From NCBI GenBank assembly GCA_965223005.1, contig CBDCVK010000010.1:1376001-1440000 (forward strand): a DNA stretch of 64,000 bases, read 5' to 3'. The notes beneath the pieces were generated by a model that did not search any database, was not told the DNA's origin, and saw only the letters and a program-made list of their open reading frames with translations. A program made the translations under genes and the position numbers. This document shows, piece by piece, positions 37,456 to 45,793 of the stretch (the stretch's first letter is position 1; the number at the start of each line of letters is the position of its first letter). This stretch comes from Terriglobia bacterium. Lineage in GTDB: Bacteria; Acidobacteriota; Terriglobia; JAJPHL01; JAPKYU01.

Positions 37456-39042
37456 CTACGGGATTTCCCCGATCGGTGCCTCCTGGCTCCAGAGCGCGTG
37501 CATAAAGTCGTACAGGCTGCTGCTCACCGAGACCTTGTAGGGGGTAGGGTTCAGAGGGCGCACGTGATCCTGGCGCAAAGAGGCAAGCTGCTCGAGGCAA
37601 TGCGCACGCACCTGCTTTAGAGCGGGGAAGGACGCCAACAGCCGTCCGTCCCAGACGCACTGGTGTAAGGGGAACACCTGGTCCGGAGTGACGTGGGCCC
37701 GCTTGGTTTCGTCAAACGGGTGCCGGCACTGAAGGCGCTTGCCAGCTTCAGGAGCTTCCTCTCCGGCGCGAATCAGCAGGTCAAGCACAGGCTGCCCGTT
37801 TGTCCCCACCAGTCGATATGCCTCTTTCCGTCCTGGAATCGTCATTTTGCTGACGTCTTCGGAGAGCTTGATGCGCGCCTTGCCTCTCACCTCTACCAGC
37901 TTGTAAACACAGCCCAGCGACGGCTGCGCCTCGCAAGTTACCAGATGGGTCCCGACGCCGAAGACGTCAATCTCGTGCCCCTGCTGGTTGAGGGAGAGCA
38001 ACGTCTGTTCGTTGATGTCGTTGCTGGCGGTGATGGTCAGCCGCGCGAAGTCCACCGAGTAGCGCTCACTCTCCCGGTGAAACATCCTCCTGGTTTGCTT
38101 GGAAAGGTAGGAGAGGTCGCCAGAATCGAGTCGCACGCCAACAGGTCTGTAGCCCATCCGGTCCAGGGCCAGGGCCACGCAGAGGAAGTTCGGTACGCCG
38201 GAGTTTAGCGTGTCATAGGTATCCACCAGCGCCAGAAAACTCCTGGGGAACGCCTGAGCGTAGGCAATAAACGCTGCCAGTTCCCCTTCGTTGGTTTTCG
38301 TAAAATTCAGATCCTTGCGATAGCCGAGTGCGGCTGCGACCAGATCCTGGGGCTGGCCTTGGGGATCCAGAACCGTCCGCTCCTTCAGCTCCTCCAGGCT
38401 CGAAAAGGAAGACACAAAGGAATGTGCGTGCGTTCCCCGGGCAGGAATTCCGAACAGTTGGCCCGCCAGGACATTGCTGGTGGCGTCGAACCCTCCGATC
38501 GAGGAATAGTGCGAAGCCGACACGCCGCCATCAGGTCCCTGCGCCCGGCGCACGCCAAATTCCAGCAGCACCTTTTCCGGGCCTGCGGCCAAGCGGAAGC
38601 GGGACGCGTTGGTGGCGACCAGGCTGGGGTAGTTCACCAGGCTCAACAGGGTGGTCTCCAGCAACTGGGCCACGGCCAGCGGCCCTTCGACCCGCAGCAA
38701 CGGGATTCGGGGAAAGACCACCGAGCCCTCCTGGATGGCGTACATTTTGACCTGCGAACAGTCCCTAGCGCGCAGCCAGGTGAAGAACTCCGGCTCGCAG
38801 TGCGGCATCAGCGACCGCAGATACTCGATTTGCTCGTCGCTGAACGCGAAGCTGCTCAGGTGCCGCAGCGCTTCTTCGAGGCCTGCGAAAACGACAAATT
38901 CTCCGCCAAATGGGCACTGCCGGAAAAACAGATCAAACACCGCCAGATCGTTGTGCCGCTCGCTCTTCCAGTAGCCATAGGCCATGGTCAACTGATACAG
39001 GTCAGTCAGCAGCGGACCCACCAGAGGATTTGTCGGCTTCAT
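37456..39042 (-). CDS. pncB: Nicotinate phosphoribosyltransferase
   Basis: LLTDLYQLTM, EFGVRRAQGPDG, GTHAHS, LVDTYD, VRLDSGDL, ASNDINE. Confidence 0.93.
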   Translation of the reverse strand: MKPTNPLVGPLLTDLYQLTMAYGYWKSERHNDLAVFDLFFRQCPFGGEFVVFAGLEEALRHLSSFAFSDEQIEYLRSLMPHCEPEFFTWLRARDCSQVKMYAIQEGSVVFPRIPLLRVEGPLAVAQLLETTLLSLVNYPSLVATNASRFRLAAGPEKVLLEFGVRRAQGPDGGVSASHYSSIGGFDATSNVLAGQLFGIPARGTHAHSFVSSFSSLEELKERTVLDPQGQPQDLVAAALGYRKDLNFTKTNEGELAAFIAYAQAFPRSFLALVDTYDTLNSGVPNFLCVALALDRMGYRPVGVRLDSGDLSYLSKQTRRMFHRESERYSVDFARLTITASNDINEQTLLSLNQQGHEIDVFGVGTHLVTCEAQPSLGCVYKLVEVRGKARIKLSEDVSKMTIPGRKEAYRLVGTNGQPVLDLLIRAGEEAPEAGKRLQCRHPFDETKRAHVTPDQVFPLHQCVWDGRLLASFPALKQVRAHCLEQLASLRQDHVRPLNPTPYKVSVSSSLYDFMHALWSQEAPIGEIP

Positions 39043-39126
39043 TCTTTCAAACCTTCGTCATGTTTAAGTTTGTCGCTCTGAGATATGCGTGAATTGTCGT
39101 CTTAGTGATGCGTACTCTCTCAGATA

Positions 39127-39810
39127 TCAGAGAATTCTTACAATCATGGGCTTGCGTTTCGTAAATCGGTACAACGCGGCGGGTCGATGGGCACCCCCCA
39201 ACCGCGTCCTGCCGGTGGATACCACAAGATCAAGAGATAATATCCTCTTTCGGAAATTGCGCTTGTCCAGCGTTTTCCCCAAGATTGCCTGGTAGACGCT
39301 TTGCAGCTCGCTCAGGGTAAAGGTTTCTGGCAACAGGCTCCATGCAACATTGGTGTATTCGAGTTTCCAGCGAAGGCGCTGCACAGTGTACTGAATCACC
39401 CGAGCGTGGTCATAAGCCAGCCCGGGTAATGCGTTTACGCGAAACCAATCGACCCCGGCGTATTTGGGGGATGTTTTTGGGCCCGGACCTTCCGGGTTGA
39501 GTAAAGCAAAGTACACGGTGGAGACCGCCCGGCGAGTTTTGTCTCGCCGGACTTCGCCGAACGTGTAGAGTTGCTCCAGGTATACGTTTTTGACCCCCGT
39601 CTGCTCGGCCAGCTCCCGGTAAGCCGCCTGGTCGAGGGACTCGGTGGGGCGGATGATTCCCCCCGGCAAAGCCCACAGGCCGGCATACGGTTTTTTCTTC
39701 ACTTTGATGAGCAGAATCCTCAGCCGCCCTTCGACGACGGTGAGAATGGCCACATCCACCGCAACGACAGGGATGCGAAGGTCGAGGCGGGCCGGCAGGC
39801 CTTTGCGCAT
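39127..39810 (-). CDS. nrtR: NrtR family NUDIX-wHTH transcriptional regulator of NAD metabolism
   Basis: WALPGG, degenerate NUDIX box RELAEQTG, YLEQLYTFG, LAYDH, FTLSELQ, DKRNFRKRI, HRPAALY; sits between nadA and pncB. Confidence 0.88.
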   Translation of the reverse strand: MRKGLPARLDLRIPVVAVDVAILTVVEGRLRILLIKVKKKPYAGLWALPGGIIRPTESLDQAAYRELAEQTGVKNVYLEQLYTFGEVRRDKTRRAVSTVYFALLNPEGPGPKTSPKYAGVDWFRVNALPGLAYDHARVIQYTVQRLRWKLEYTNVAWSLLPETFTLSELQSVYQAILGKTLDKRNFRKRILSLDLVVSTGRTRLGGAHRPAALYRFTKRKPMIVRIL

Positions 39811-39850
39811 GGGACAGAGAGACGGCGCGCGAGGAGGAACTGTGGCGCCT

Positions 39851-40912
39851 TTATTGGATTTCAGTCATCCGCTGAATGGCCTGCCGGGAGCGCCGGGCAA
39901 CCTCAGGGGCAACCCTGACTTCGAACGAGGGCTCGCCCTCTTCTTTCAGGCAGGTCAGTAACCCCTCCAGCGTGATCATTTTCATGTATTCGCACATCGC
40001 CAAGTGAGAAACGGGCCAGAAGGTTTTCTCCGGGATCTCCCGCCGCAGACGGTACACAATGCCTGCCTCGGTGGCCACAATGAACTCTTGCGCAGCCGAA
40101 TCGCGAGCACGGGCAATCATCCCTTCGGTGGAAAGAAAGGAGATTTTGTCTGCCTGCCCTGCGGCCATGCGCGCCAGGCAGGAGGAGGTGCAACCACACT
40201 CCGGATGAATCAACAGTTCCGCATTCGGGTAGCGGTCCGCGGCGTCCTCAATGGCGCGTTCGCCGATTTTCTGGTGGACATGGCAGGCGCCGTCCCACAC
40301 ATGCATGTCCGCCGGCCCAATTCCGAGTTCCCGCATGACGTGAGCCGCTAGATATCGGTCGGGCAGGAAGAGAATCGGGGACTTGGGATACGTCTTGCGG
40401 ACGTGGCCGACGACCGCCGAAGCGTTGCGCGAAGTGCAAATGTAGTCGCTCTCGGCCTTGGTGAGGTCATCCGTATTGATATAGGAGACGACTTTGCCGT
40501 CAGGATACTTTTCTTTCCAGCGTTGGATGGTCGGCAGCGAGACCGACGCCACCAGCGAGCATCCGGCGCGGGCGGGAACCAGGACCCGCCGGTTGGGCAG
40601 CAAGATCTTGGCGGTCTTGGCCATGAACTCCACCGAGCAAAAAACAATGGTTCGATGGTGAGTGTCCTTGGCCTTCATCGTCAGCCCATACGAGTCCCCG
40701 ATGTGCCCGGCCACCCCGGCAATTTCCTGCAGTTCCGGGAGTTGGTAGTTATGGACGAGGAGCAGGGCGTCTTTTTGTCTTAGAAGCTCCAGTGTCTGGT
40801 TGGCCAGATCGGCCAGTCGGGTGCATTCGTCCCGACTATAGCGTCCCGGATAGATGTCGCTGGCCTTGGAGGAAAACAGCTTCCAAAAGCCGGCTCCCTT
40901 GAAGTGTCCCAT
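39851..40912 (-). CDS. nadA: Quinolinate synthase A
   Basis: VHNYQ, GDSY, FCSVEFMA, GCSL, SYINT, CTSRNA, CHVH, HPEC, CEYMK. Confidence 0.93.
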   Translation of the reverse strand: MGHFKGAGFWKLFSSKASDIYPGRYSRDECTRLADLANQTLELLRQKDALLLVHNYQLPELQEIAGVAGHIGDSYGLTMKAKDTHHRTIVFCSVEFMAKTAKILLPNRRVLVPARAGCSLVASVSLPTIQRWKEKYPDGKVVSYINTDDLTKAESDYICTSRNASAVVGHVRKTYPKSPILFLPDRYLAAHVMRELGIGPADMHVWDGACHVHQKIGERAIEDAADRYPNAELLIHPECGCTSSCLARMAAGQADKISFLSTEGMIARARDSAAQEFIVATEAGIVYRLRREIPEKTFWPVSHLAMCEYMKMITLEGLLTCLKEEGEPSFEVRVAPEVARRSRQAIQRMTEIQ

Positions 40913-40936
40913 GTGCGGATCTCCCGCGCCAACTTC

Positions 40937-40957
40937 TTAGTGTAAGATGTACACCAA
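40937..40957. promoter_or_regulatory. NrtR operator (21-bp palindrome, GT-N7-AC core)
   Basis: TTAGTGT-AAGATGT-ACACCAA directly downstream of the nadA -10. Confidence 0.8.
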
Positions 40958-40960
40958 GTG

Positions 40961-40989
40961 AGCGTACACTTTTTTATTCCTGGTGTCAA
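40961..40989 (-). promoter_or_regulatory. Sigma70 promoter of nadA-nrtR-pncB
   Basis: Minus strand TTGACA (40989-40984)-17 nt-TACGCT (40966-40961). Confidence 0.75.
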
Positions 40990-41009
40990 GCCCCCGGAAT
41001 CAGGTGCTA

Positions 41010-41051
41010 CTGGGTCGGGTCAGCCGGATCGGGTGAACCGGGTCGGGTGAG
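41010..41051. repeat. Three imperfect 14-bp tandem repeats
   Basis: CTGGGTCGGGTCAG CCGGATCGGGTGAA CCGGGTCGGGTGAG. Confidence 0.65.
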
Positions 41052-41168
41052 ATTGCAGAGCCCGTGCCGCAGGTGGCAGCCCAGAGCGATACCCACACAC
41101 CCGCTGCCAGCGTGTGGAGATCAAGAAGCCCGGGGCAACGCCAGGAAGAACCAATTTCCTTTTGCCCG

Positions 41169-42146
41169 TTAGTGGATGGCCACAGGATTGCCTGGCGAGC
41201 CCGTCGCCCCTTTCAAGCGCAGCGGCGCAAAGACGAAGGCGAACTCGTAGACCTTGTCCCGCGCCATGGCTGAGGTATCCAGATTCTCCAGCGTATGGAT
41301 CCCGTTTTGGGTGATCAGGATCTGGTGCGCGGGAAAGATCAAGTCGGGATCTGGATTCGGCGACACTTCCACGCTCCAATTGTCTGCTCCGACCAGGACG
41401 ATCTGCTTTTGCACAAGGAATTTGGCTGCCGAGACGCCAATACCGGGCTGGCCACTGTTGTACATCTCGTTATCCACGTTCCAGTAGCTGCCAAAACCTG
41501 TGTGAATCAGCACCATGTCCCCGGGACGAATTTCCAGGTCTTGTTGACGGAGCGCCTTTTGGAGATCCTCTGCGGTAATCTCATGCCCTCTCTCCAGCCG
41601 AGACTTCCCCTTCAGCGCGGCAATGTCGAGCAGCACACCCCGGGTGAAAATGGCGCCCACGTTTTCAACCCCCAACCGGGTTAGCCCCGACGGGGTGATA
41701 AACTCGTCTCCCTTCAGACCGTTGTAAAAAACCCCGTCAATTCCAACGTGTCCCAGGCCATCGAACTGCGTGCCAACCTGGCCGATCTGCGTGGCTACAA
41801 ACTCGTCGTTTCCGACGATTCGGTTTTTCCCGATGGGCGGATCCGAGCGGGGAATGAGCAGCGTGAAAGAGCGTGTGCCGAAAAGCGGCATGCCCTCCTC
41901 GTAGACTCTGCCCAGTGAATAGACACGGCCCTTCTTGATGAGCTTTACCGCTTCCAGAACCTTCTGGGGCGTGAGCCGGTTGGCTGCGCCCCGCTGATCG
42001 TCTTTACCCCAAGGAGAAGAGCCCGGCTTGGGCGGCTGGGGCAAATCCCCGGCGGCCGAACGGCCGGAGAAGCCAGCGGCAAGGCAAATGGCAGCTAAAA
42101 CGAAGAACACGCGCTTTGTGATGGATTGCGTGATTCGGTGCATCAT
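41169..42146 (-). CDS. Cyclase family (kynurenine formamidase-like) metal-dependent hydrolase, secreted
   Basis: Signal peptide, WGKDDQRGAAN, QVGTQFDGLGH, RGVLLDIA, VGADN, ENLD, GATGSPGNP. Confidence 0.85.
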   Translation of the reverse strand: MMHRITQSITKRVFFVLAAICLAAGFSGRSAAGDLPQPPKPGSSPWGKDDQRGAANRLTPQKVLEAVKLIKKGRVYSLGRVYEEGMPLFGTRSFTLLIPRSDPPIGKNRIVGNDEFVATQIGQVGTQFDGLGHVGIDGVFYNGLKGDEFITPSGLTRLGVENVGAIFTRGVLLDIAALKGKSRLERGHEITAEDLQKALRQQDLEIRPGDMVLIHTGFGSYWNVDNEMYNSGQPGIGVSAAKFLVQKQIVLVGADNWSVEVSPNPDPDLIFPAHQILITQNGIHTLENLDTSAMARDKVYEFAFVFAPLRLKGATGSPGNPVAIH

Positions 42147-42200
42147 TACCTCCTGGTAAGCTACCTCCTGGACCTCCTGGTAGGCTACCTCCTGATAGGC
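42147..42200 (-). repeat. Four tandem Shine-Dalgarno/GGA units (CAGGAGGT) in the cyclase leader
   Basis: ACCTCCTG at 42148, 42163, 42172, 42187 on the + strand; unit about 15 bp TACCTCCTGGTA(A/G)GC. Confidence 0.85.
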
Positions 42201-42281
42201 TGCGGTTCCTGTCCCGCAGTTGGTATGCCCGGGTGCCGCTCACACGCAGCCTGTCCCGGGCAAAGGATCGATCCCTCGGAT

Positions 42282-43250
42282 TTACTGCGCCCAATAAGCA
42301 GGGCCTGGCTGCTCGTGGATGAGAGTCCGTTGCAGGAACTCGACCGCCTTTCGCAACCCCTCTTCGGCCGACATCAGGCTGTCCTCATGTTCGATGCTCA
42401 AGACAAAATCGTAGCCCACCATGCGCAGATGCCCGATGATGTTGTTCCAAGTCAACTGGTCGTGCCCATAGCCGACGGTACGGAAAATCCAGGAGCGGTT
42501 GAGCTCATCGGTGAGGGGTTTGGGATCGAGAATTCCGTTGACCGAAACCACGTGGGGATGAAGACCTGAATCTTTGGCGTGAACATGATAGATGGCCTCC
42601 CGGAGCTTGAGGATCACGGCGCAGATATCTGATCCTTGCCAGAACAAATGGCTCGGGTCCAGATTCGCCCCAATGGTGGGCCCAATCGCGTCCCGCAGTT
42701 TCAGTAGCGTCTCGGCGTTGTAAACCACGCAATTGGGCACCATTTCAATCCCCACTCGAACTCCGTTTGCGTCGGCGATTTTGGCGGCTTCCCTCCAATA
42801 GGGAATCACCTGCTCATTCCATTGCCACTCCCAGGCACGGTAAAAATCCTCCGGCGGCAACGGGGCGGTGATCCAACTGGGCACTTGGGCCTGGGGGTCG
42901 CTGCCCGGACAGCCGCTCAAGGTGTTGACCTGCTGCACATCCAGCTTTCTGGCTAGCTGGCAGCTCTTGACGAAGTCCTCGTGATGAGGCTTGGCGATTT
43001 TAGGGTTTGGGTGCAAAGGGTTCCCATGACAGCTCAAGGCGCTGATGATAAATTTGCGGTCCGCGACAGCCTTTTTCAGCCGTTTCACAGCGGCGTCGTC
43101 GTTAACGAGCTGGTCGGTTGGGAAATGCGCAGTCGTTAGATACGCCCCCGACCCGAATTCCACCGCTTCCACTCCCAGCGACTGTAGGAAGTCCAAGGTC
43201 TGTTCCAAAGGTTGGTTGCCGAACAACAAAGTCAGCACGCCCAGTTTCAT
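42282..43250 (-). CDS. Sugar phosphate isomerase/epimerase (xylose isomerase-like TIM barrel)
   Basis: MKLGV start with GGAGG RBS; LSCHGNPLHP, EMVP, NLDPSHLFWQG, HVHAKD, FRTVGYGH, SIEHED. Confidence 0.85.
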   Translation of the reverse strand: MKLGVLTLLFGNQPLEQTLDFLQSLGVEAVEFGSGAYLTTAHFPTDQLVNDDAAVKRLKKAVADRKFIISALSCHGNPLHPNPKIAKPHHEDFVKSCQLARKLDVQQVNTLSGCPGSDPQAQVPSWITAPLPPEDFYRAWEWQWNEQVIPYWREAAKIADANGVRVGIEMVPNCVVYNAETLLKLRDAIGPTIGANLDPSHLFWQGSDICAVILKLREAIYHVHAKDSGLHPHVVSVNGILDPKPLTDELNRSWIFRTVGYGHDQLTWNNIIGHLRMVGYDFVLSIEHEDSLMSAEEGLRKAVEFLQRTLIHEQPGPAYWAQ

Positions 43251-43268
43251 CGAAGCCTCCGCCATTCA

Positions 43269-43314
43269 GTTGTAGACCGCAGCGTCTTCTACAACAGGAT
43301 TGTTCCATTGTCAA
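43269..43314 (-). promoter_or_regulatory. Promoter with overlapping 8-11-8 inverted repeat (operator-like)
   Basis: Minus strand TTGACA (43314-43309)-17-TAGAAG; GTTGTAGA (43269-76) / TCTACAAC (43288-95). Confidence 0.55.
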
Positions 43315-43320
43315 CACGAG

Positions 43321-43362
43321 CCCCGGAAGCGCCCCGTAGGCGCCCGTAAGCCCCCCGTAAGC
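43321..43362. repeat. Four 10-11-bp tandem repeats
   Basis: CCCCGGAAGCG CCCCGTAGGCG CCCGTAAGCC CCCCGTAAGC. Confidence 0.75.
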
Positions 43363-43499
43363 AACGTCAGGCTGCTGCGGCAATCGGGCTCCAGGGAGGT
43401 TGCGCCCTGCGAATGGTCTGGAACGAGCTGGGTTCCGCTCGGAGGATGCCGACTCGCTCCGCGGAGGAGGTCGCTCCCCTGCCGCCCGTCTCCTGTGAC

Positions 43500-44555
43500 C
43501 TAGCTGGACTGGGGTTTTTCCTGCAGGACGGTCTGGAGCTGCACCACGGGTTGCTGGGCGGGCAGTGCAGTGAACGCCTTCAACTCTTGAGGTCGCCCGC
43601 GCCAGTTGTCGATCATGGCCACCTGCTGGACGCAGGAGACGGTGCACCGCGGCGCACAGGGCTTCTTGGTATGAAACTCCCGGCGCAGGTCCTCACGGCC
43701 GTATGTCTCCAGGGGAACGCCGGGATAACCGCGCTGCTGGGAGCAGTAGTGCACCAGGCCGTCCTCGCAGATGTAGAGGTAGCGCGATCCGGAGCGGCAG
43801 CGCCAGTCGTTGGGCCGTCCGTTGAGGATGTTCTGCTGGAACTTGTCGAAGCGCGCGTAGCAGCGTTTGCCCAGTCCCTTGATCCGGTGGAAGACCTCCC
43901 GCTCCAGGTCCCCCAAGGGGCGGAGCTGGCCGGAGCCATCGTGGATGATGCCCAATGTGCTGGTGAAGCCCAGCGAGACGGCTCGCCGGGCCACCACCTC
44001 ACCGTCTTCCGGGTGGCGAATGCCGCTGCCGATCACCGAGTTGATGTTGACCCCGAATTCGGCATGCTCCGCCAGCAGTTGCAATTTCTTGTCCAGCACC
44101 TTCAAACTTTTCTTGGAGACCTCGTCGGGATTCAGGTTGTCAATGCTGATCTGCAGGTGGTCCAGCCCAGCGCGGTTCAGCTGCTCAATGCGCTCGGCCG
44201 TCAGCAGGTATCCGTTGGTGATCAGTCCGGTCAAGACTCCATGGTTGCGAATGCGGCGGATGACCTGGTCCAGCTCCGGATGCAACAGCGGTTCGCCGCC
44301 GCTGATAGTGATGATGGTGATACCGAAGGAGGCCAGCCGGTCAATTCTCCGGTACATCTCCTGCAGGGTCACCGGCTTGGAGTGGCTGTCAAACTCGTTG
44401 CAGTAGGTGCAAGACAGGTTGCAGCGGCGGATAGGGATGATGTGGGCCAGGATCGGATGGCTAGTGAATACCAATCCCTTGGCGATCATCCACCATTCGC
44501 GAACGCGCCGGTAGGCCGCCAATGCCTTTTTTCTAAGTCGCTTCTGCCGGGTCAT
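43500..44555 (-). CDS. Radical SAM protein with Cys-rich C-terminal (twitch/SPASM-like) region
   Basis: [48 protein letters not shown]. Confidence 0.85.
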   Translation of the reverse strand: MTRQKRLRKKALAAYRRVREWWMIAKGLVFTSHPILAHIIPIRRCNLSCTYCNEFDSHSKPVTLQEMYRRIDRLASFGITIITISGGEPLLHPELDQVIRRIRNHGVLTGLITNGYLLTAERIEQLNRAGLDHLQISIDNLNPDEVSKKSLKVLDKKLQLLAEHAEFGVNINSVIGSGIRHPEDGEVVARRAVSLGFTSTLGIIHDGSGQLRPLGDLEREVFHRIKGLGKRCYARFDKFQQNILNGRPNDWRCRSGSRYLYICEDGLVHYCSQQRGYPGVPLETYGREDLRREFHTKKPCAPRCTVSCVQQVAMIDNWRGRPQELKAFTALPAQQPVVQLQTVLQEKPQSS

Positions 44556-44799
44556 TTACCCAGACACCCCCGCCTCTTCCTCCTCGATGTGCATTGTCGG
44601 CTAGTAAATCACATTCCGGCTGCGAGATTCTAAAACAAAAGCACTTTTCTGGCGTTTTGCGCCGTCCAGAGGGCGATTTTACCACCTGAGAGGCGGTTGC
44701 CGCCCAATGCCGCGAGCGCTCCGGGAGCAGTGACGCTCTAAGGGAACCGCGCAGGCTGAGGTCTCGAATCCGGGGAAAGCCCCCGGCGTTTGGATTGGC

Positions 44800-44829
44800 T
44801 TGACAACTCGGATTGCCTGAGCCCATCAT
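44800..44829 (+). promoter_or_regulatory. Sigma70-like promoter of the cytochrome c/PQQ cassettes
   Basis: TTGACA-18 nt-CATCAT. Confidence 0.4.
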
Positions 44830-44831
44830 CC

Positions 44832-44862
44832 CCTGCCAAAGCTAGGACCTGCCAAAGCTAGG
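44832..44862. repeat. Perfect 15-bp direct repeat (16-bp period)
   Basis: CCTGCCAAAGCTAGG A CCTGCCAAAGCTAGG. Confidence 0.9.
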
Positions 44863-44873
44863 CATCAAGTGAC

Positions 44874-44925
44874 GCAAGCCGTTCGGTACAATTGAGAGCG
44901 CAAGCTGTTCGGTACAAATGAGAGC
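44874..44925. repeat. 26-bp tandem direct repeat, 2 mismatches
   Basis: GCAAGCCGTTCGGTACAATTGAGAGC / GCAAGCTGTTCGGTACAAATGAGAGC. Confidence 0.9.
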
Positions 44926-44932
44926 TAAGGAT

Positions 44933-45793
44933 ATGGCGCTGACAAACGGTGGCTTCTGTGGCCGGGCCAGAAAGCTGGTCCTGATGCAGGCAGTAGCCCT
45001 GTTTACGTTTTCGGTAACCGTGGGGGCAGCGTGGCCTGGCTCCCCGGCTGGCCCGGGAAAGGAGGTCCAAAACCCGCTTGCTGGGAACCCTGAGGCAATT
45101 CAGGCGGGCAGGGCAAATTTCCGGATGAAGTGCAGCATTTGCCATGGTGTGCAAGCGAGCGGAGGGACCCGTGGGCCGGATCTGACCAGAGGGCGCTGGA
45201 CGCACGGCAGCAGCGACGCCGCCATCTTTCGAACCATCAACGACGGTGCACCTGGTACGGAGATGCCGGGGGCCGTTTTGGCAGCGGACGAGATCTGGGC
45301 GATCGTCGCGTATCTGCGGAGTTTGAGCCCTGCTTCGGCCACGCCAATTAAGGGCAATCGCGAGGCCGGCGAGCGGATCTTCTTCGGCTCCGGCGCCTGT
45401 TCCCGGTGCCACATGGTGAATGGCAAGGGAGGCCGCCTGGGCCCAGGTCTATCCCACATCTCGTCTTCGCGCAGCACCCAGTACCTCATCGATTCCATCC
45501 GTGATCCGAACAAGCAGATCACCATCCGCAACGCCGCCTGGGAGGTGACCTCGGGGTACGAGACGGTCCGCGTGGTGACCAAGGACGGCCGGCGCATCAC
45601 CGGCGTGCTTCGTAATGAAGACAGCTTTTCCATCCAGCTCATGGACCAGCGTGAGGAGATTCACGCGCTCTTGAAGAAAGACCTGCGGGAGGTTGCCTAC
45701 GAGCAAAGATCCCTGATGCCAGAGTACAGCGAGCAGATCCTGAGCGACGAGGAGTTGCAAAACTTGCTAGCCTATCTGGATAGCTTGCGATGA
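44933..45793 (+). CDS. Periplasmic diheme c-type cytochrome (copy 1)
   Basis: Signal peptide; CSICH and CSRCH; GPDLT, GTEMP, SLMP..LLAYL; TAAGGAT-ATG start shared with copy 2. Confidence 0.88.
   Translation: MALTNGGFCGRARKLVLMQAVALFTFSVTVGAAWPGSPAGPGKEVQNPLAGNPEAIQAGRANFRMKCSICHGVQASGGTRGPDLTRGRWTHGSSDAAIFRTINDGAPGTEMPGAVLAADEIWAIVAYLRSLSPASATPIKGNREAGERIFFGSGACSRCHMVNGKGGRLGPGLSHISSSRSTQYLIDSIRDPNKQITIRNAAWEVTSGYETVRVVTKDGRRITGVLRNEDSFSIQLMDQREEIHALLKKDLREVAYEQRSLMPEYSEQILSDEELQNLLAYLDSLR

Noticed and set aside
44832-44925. Direct repeats as a mini CRISPR array
   Set aside because: Units are directly adjacent, only two copies each, no spacers, no cas genes
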